A DNA stretch of 11,251 nucleotides from an uncultured bacterium (GTDB taxonomy: Bacteria > Lernaellota > Lernaellaia > Lernaellales > Lernaellaceae), in NCBI GenBank assembly GCA_964534375.1, contig CAZHPN010000188.1, positions 1 to 11,251 on the forward strand, read 5' to 3'. Position numbers and translations under genes: made by a program. Each line of letters starts with the position of its first letter. The first letter of the stretch is position 1. Under the pieces are notes generated by a model. It had not been told where the DNA came from, made no database searches, and saw nothing but the letters and a program-made list of their open reading frames with translations. Below, one piece after another: positions 8,482 to 11,251 of this stretch.

Positions 8482-10227
8482 TCAGCCCGCCCAGCGCCAC
8501 GTCAGCGCCAGCAACCCGGCGACGATGAAATGCAAATCGACGATCATGTCGCGCTTGAGCGTCGCCATCTTCGCCGGCCACCGCGTGAATTCCACGAGCA
8601 GGAACTCGCCGAGGATCCACACCGCCAGCGGCCACGCCAGGCCCGGCAGCCAGCCGAGCGCGGCGGTCACAAAGAGCCCCGCGGCGAGGCCGACGATCGA
8701 GAAGCGCAGCAGCGTTCGCGTGCGTTGCGGGCCGAAGATCAGCGGCACGGTTTCGCGGCCCACCAGCCGGTCGGCGGCCATGTCGGAGAGGTCGAGAAAG
8801 ACCGAGCGGATGCCGGTGACCATGAACAGAAACAGAAACGCCAGGATCAGCCGGCGCCAATCGCGCGTCTCGGCGACGAAGAACAACGGGAAAATGCTGA
8901 CCAGCGCCCACGCCGAGGCGATGAAGACGTTTTTGCTCGCCGCCAGGTCTTTCAGGCGGCGGAAGCCGAAAACGCCCATCCAACTTTTCGGCACGACCCG
9001 CACGGAGTACAGCACGCCGACGATCGACGCCGCCAGCACGATGAGAAACGGGATCACGCCGAGGTGGAAGCCGAGCCAGATCGAAACGAGGCCCGAGCCC
9101 AGGCCCACCGGCCACAGCCAGAGCGTGTGCCGGCGATAGAACGTCTGCCGCTTCGGGTCGTCGCGGAACTTGTCGACGCCGGTTTCGGTGAAGCGATTGA
9201 GCACGTGCATCGACAGCACGTACAACGCGACCAGCAGGAAGAAATCGAAACGGAACGGCACGCCCAGCAGCGCCGCGCCGACGTAGGCGAGCGAGCCCGC
9301 GGCGAGGCCGGTCGTCGCGTGCGTCGCCGCCAGCGCCTCGAGCAGCCGCCGCGCCCGCGCCCGCCCCGGCCGCAGCTCTTCTTCTTCGAGTTCCCGCAGC
9401 CGGGTCATGACGCGGTCGATGATCCAACTCGGCGTGCTGGCGCCGGCCGTGACGCCCACTTTGTCGTACGGCGTGAAGTCGATGCCTTCGAGTTCCTCGG
9501 CGACCTCGATCTGCCAGGTCGGCAGGCCGAGTTCTTCGGTGATGGCCGCCAACCGGCGCGTGTTGCCGCTGTTGCGGCCGCCGACGACCAGCATGGCCTG
9601 CACGTGTTTGGCGAGGTCGCGCACTTCCTCCTGTTTGAGCTCGGTGGCGTTGCAGATCGTATGTCGAACTTCGAGCCGCGCGAATTTCGGTTGGACGTGC
9701 TCGATCAATTGCTGGTACCGCTCGCGATTGGCCGTCGTTTGCGCAACGAGCGTCAGCGGCGCGTCCGGCGACAGGCCCAGCGCGTCGAATTCCGCCTCGT
9801 CGCGCACGACAAAGCACGGCCGGCCGCGCGCGGCGCCGACCAGACCCACGACCTCCGGGTGCTCGGCGTCGCCGAAGATGACGATCGTGCGGCCCTCGGC
9901 GGCCTGCCGCTCGACCGTCGTCTGCACCGCGCGCACCTTCGGGCAGGTGGCGTCGAGCAGCGCCAGGCCGCGCGCGCTCAACTCCTCGATCACCGGCGGC
10001 GGCACGCCGTGCGTGCGAATCACCGCCATGCCGCTGCGGATGTCGTCGAGGTTGTCGGTGCAGCCGATGTCGCGCAGCTTCAGCAACTCGATCACCTGCG
10101 GGTTGTGCACCAACGGCCCGTACGTCGTGATCCGCTCGTGCCGCGAGCCGCTCTCCGACAACACCATGTCCACCGCCCGGCGCACCCCGAAACAAAAACC
10201 CGCGCTCTCGGCGAGGACGAATTTCAT
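8482..10227 (-). CDS. ispH: 4-hydroxy-3-methylbut-2-enyl diphosphate reductase (IspH/LytB) fused to a C-terminal UbiA-family prenyltransferase-like membrane domain (581 aa)
   Basis: N-terminal ~280 aa: AGFCFGVRRAV, GPLVHN, IRTHG, DATCPKV, HPEV, AQTT, TICNAT, GGRNSGNT, TAGASTP, including all three 4Fe-4S Cys. C-terminal ~300 aa: multiple TM helices with NRFTETGVD and DLSDMAADRLVGRETVP motifs. GGGAGG RBS. Confidence 0.93.
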   Translation of the reverse strand: MKFVLAESAGFCFGVRRAVDMVLSESGSRHERITTYGPLVHNPQVIELLKLRDIGCTDNLDDIRSGMAVIRTHGVPPPVIEELSARGLALLDATCPKVRAVQTTVERQAAEGRTIVIFGDAEHPEVVGLVGAARGRPCFVVRDEAEFDALGLSPDAPLTLVAQTTANRERYQQLIEHVQPKFARLEVRHTICNATELKQEEVRDLAKHVQAMLVVGGRNSGNTRRLAAITEELGLPTWQIEVAEELEGIDFTPYDKVGVTAGASTPSWIIDRVMTRLRELEEEELRPGRARARRLLEALAATHATTGLAAGSLAYVGAALLGVPFRFDFFLLVALYVLSMHVLNRFTETGVDKFRDDPKRQTFYRRHTLWLWPVGLGSGLVSIWLGFHLGVIPFLIVLAASIVGVLYSVRVVPKSWMGVFGFRRLKDLAASKNVFIASAWALVSIFPLFFVAETRDWRRLILAFLFLFMVTGIRSVFLDLSDMAADRLVGRETVPLIFGPQRTRTLLRFSIVGLAAGLFVTAALGWLPGLAWPLAVWILGEFLLVEFTRWPAKMATLKRDMIVDLHFIVAGLLALTWRWAG

Positions 10228-10262
10228 GACGCGGACCTCCCGGCGGCTGCCGCCGCCGGGGA

Positions 10263-10268
10263 AGTATA
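10263..10268 (-). promoter_or_regulatory. Probable -10 element (TATACT) for ispH
   Basis: TATACT on the minus strand, 35 bp upstream of ATG 10227; no good -35. Confidence 0.4.
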
Positions 10269-10365
10269 ACCGGGAGGGTGGATGAAGACGACCCGTAAGT
10301 GACTAGCGCCCGCGCTCCCCGCGACGGTCGACGAGCCACGCATCGTACCTATTTGATCAGAATTA

Positions 10366-10394
10366 TTGACTTCATCTCCGAACCTCAATAAGGT
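10366..10394 (+). promoter_or_regulatory. Putative sigma70 promoter of the R-M remnant/MTase unit
   Basis: TTGACT-17 bp-TAAGGT with AT-rich upstream sequence, followed by GGAGG at 10403-10407. Confidence 0.6.
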
Positions 10395-10413
10395 CCCGAA
10401 CTGGAGGCGGTCA

Positions 10414-10476
10414 TTGGGCGGCTGCCCGATTCTGGTTTTCGGGATCAACAACGGCCTCTACATCGAGGGCGAATAA
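10414..10476 (+). pseudogene. Remnant (C-terminal ~19 codons) of a BglII/BstYI-family type II restriction endonuclease: (M)GGCPILVFGINNGLYIEGE*
   Basis: GGCPILVFGI...LY matches, from recall, the C-terminal motif of the endonucleases that accompany this MT-A70 subfamily. Its TAA overlaps the MTase ATG (TAATG). A TTG start lies 6 nt after GGAGG. Confidence 0.65.
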
Positions 10477-11162
10477 TGGCGGGCCTGATCACGCCGGCGC
10501 AGGATTTCATCGCGAACGTCAAAGGTCGGTTTTCCACTGTGCTGGCCGATCCGCCGTGGCGTTTTTCCAATCGAACCGGGAAAATGGCACCGGAGCACCG
10601 CCGGCTCAGCCGCTACGAAACGCTCACCCTGCACGAGATCATGGAAATCCCGGTGCCGTTGGTCGCCGCGGAGAAAAGTCACCTTTACCTGTGGGTTCCG
10701 AACGCGTTGCTGGCCGAAGGCTTGGCGGTCCTGAAGGCGTGGGGGTTCACGTACAAGACCAATATCGTCTGGCACAAAGTGCGCAAAGACGGCGGACCGG
10801 ACGGCCGGGGCGTCGGCTTTTATTTCCGCAATACGACGGAAATGGTGCTCTTCGGCGTGCGCGGACATCTGCGCACGCTCGACCCCGGGCGCAAACAGGT
10901 GAATATCATCCGCACCGAAAAGCGCGAGCACTCGCGAAAGCCGGATGAGCTTTACGACGTGATCGAGACCTGCAGCCCCGGCCCATATCTCGAACTCTTC
11001 GCCCGCGGCGAGCGCCCGGGCTGGGCGCAATGGGGCAACCAGGTGGAAAACTACGAGCCGACCTGGGCCACGTACGCCAACCACTCGCGCCGGCGTTCGG
11101 CCGAGCCGCAGGTTCTGGACTTGTTCGGCGACGGCAAGCCGATGCGGAGGGCCCGCCGCTGA
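10476..11162 (+). CDS. MT-A70 family amino-methyltransferase (probable N6-adenine DNA methyltransferase, 228 aa)
   Basis: Catalytic ADPPW, HLYLWVPN, WGFTYKTNIVWHK, GVGFYFRNTTE, REHSRKP, LELFARG, WGNQ. Confidence 0.93.
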   Translation: MAGLITPAQDFIANVKGRFSTVLADPPWRFSNRTGKMAPEHRRLSRYETLTLHEIMEIPVPLVAAEKSHLYLWVPNALLAEGLAVLKAWGFTYKTNIVWHKVRKDGGPDGRGVGFYFRNTTEMVLFGVRGHLRTLDPGRKQVNIIRTEKREHSRKPDELYDVIETCSPGPYLELFARGERPGWAQWGNQVENYEPTWATYANHSRRRSAEPQVLDLFGDGKPMRRARR

Positions 11163-11210
11163 TCCGCCGCCGGATTTCGCGCCGGCCCCGCGCCGCGCTG
11201 TCGCTGACAG

Positions 11211-11251
11211 TTAAACAAGTCCGCAGTAGTAGCAGCTAAAGATGTCCGCTT
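11211..11251 (-). CDS. Possible 3' end of a convergent gene (...ADIFSCYYCGLV*)
   Basis: A minus-strand frame ends at TAA 11213-11211 with a CxxC motif, and composition becomes more AT-rich. Too short to verify. Confidence 0.2.
   Translation of the reverse strand, partial: ADIFSCYYCGLV

Noticed and set aside
11205..11245. GTTAAACAAGTC...GCTAAAG resembles the 3' part of a SAM-II (SAM-alpha) riboswitch
   Set aside because: The 5' GTGATTT/TTGC core is missing, the spacing is wrong, and it is not upstream of the met genes.

Overview
GC-rich bacterial chromosomal window. The gene style suggests Deltaproteobacteria/Myxococcota, but that is inference only. Left to right: (1) a palindrome-rich intergenic region; (2) a divergent pair of uncharacterised lipoproteins, one 437 aa with an Asp-rich 7-aa repeat linker and one 131 aa with 24 Cys; (3) a 43-aa membrane peptide missing from the ORF track, directly upstream of a lone tatA; (4) a nested inverted/tandem repeat region; (5) a minus-strand methionine operon (metY, metX, bifunctional aspartokinase/homoserine dehydrogenase); (6) an IspH fused to a UbiA-family prenyltransferase domain; (7) a divergent MT-A70-family methyltransferase. 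The methyltransferase is preceded by what looks like a restriction endonuclease gene reduced to about 20 codons, which keeps a promoter, an RBS and translational coupling. The best leads are the IspH-UbiA fusion, the endonuclease remnant, the tatA-linked small protein and the Cys-rich lipoprotein.
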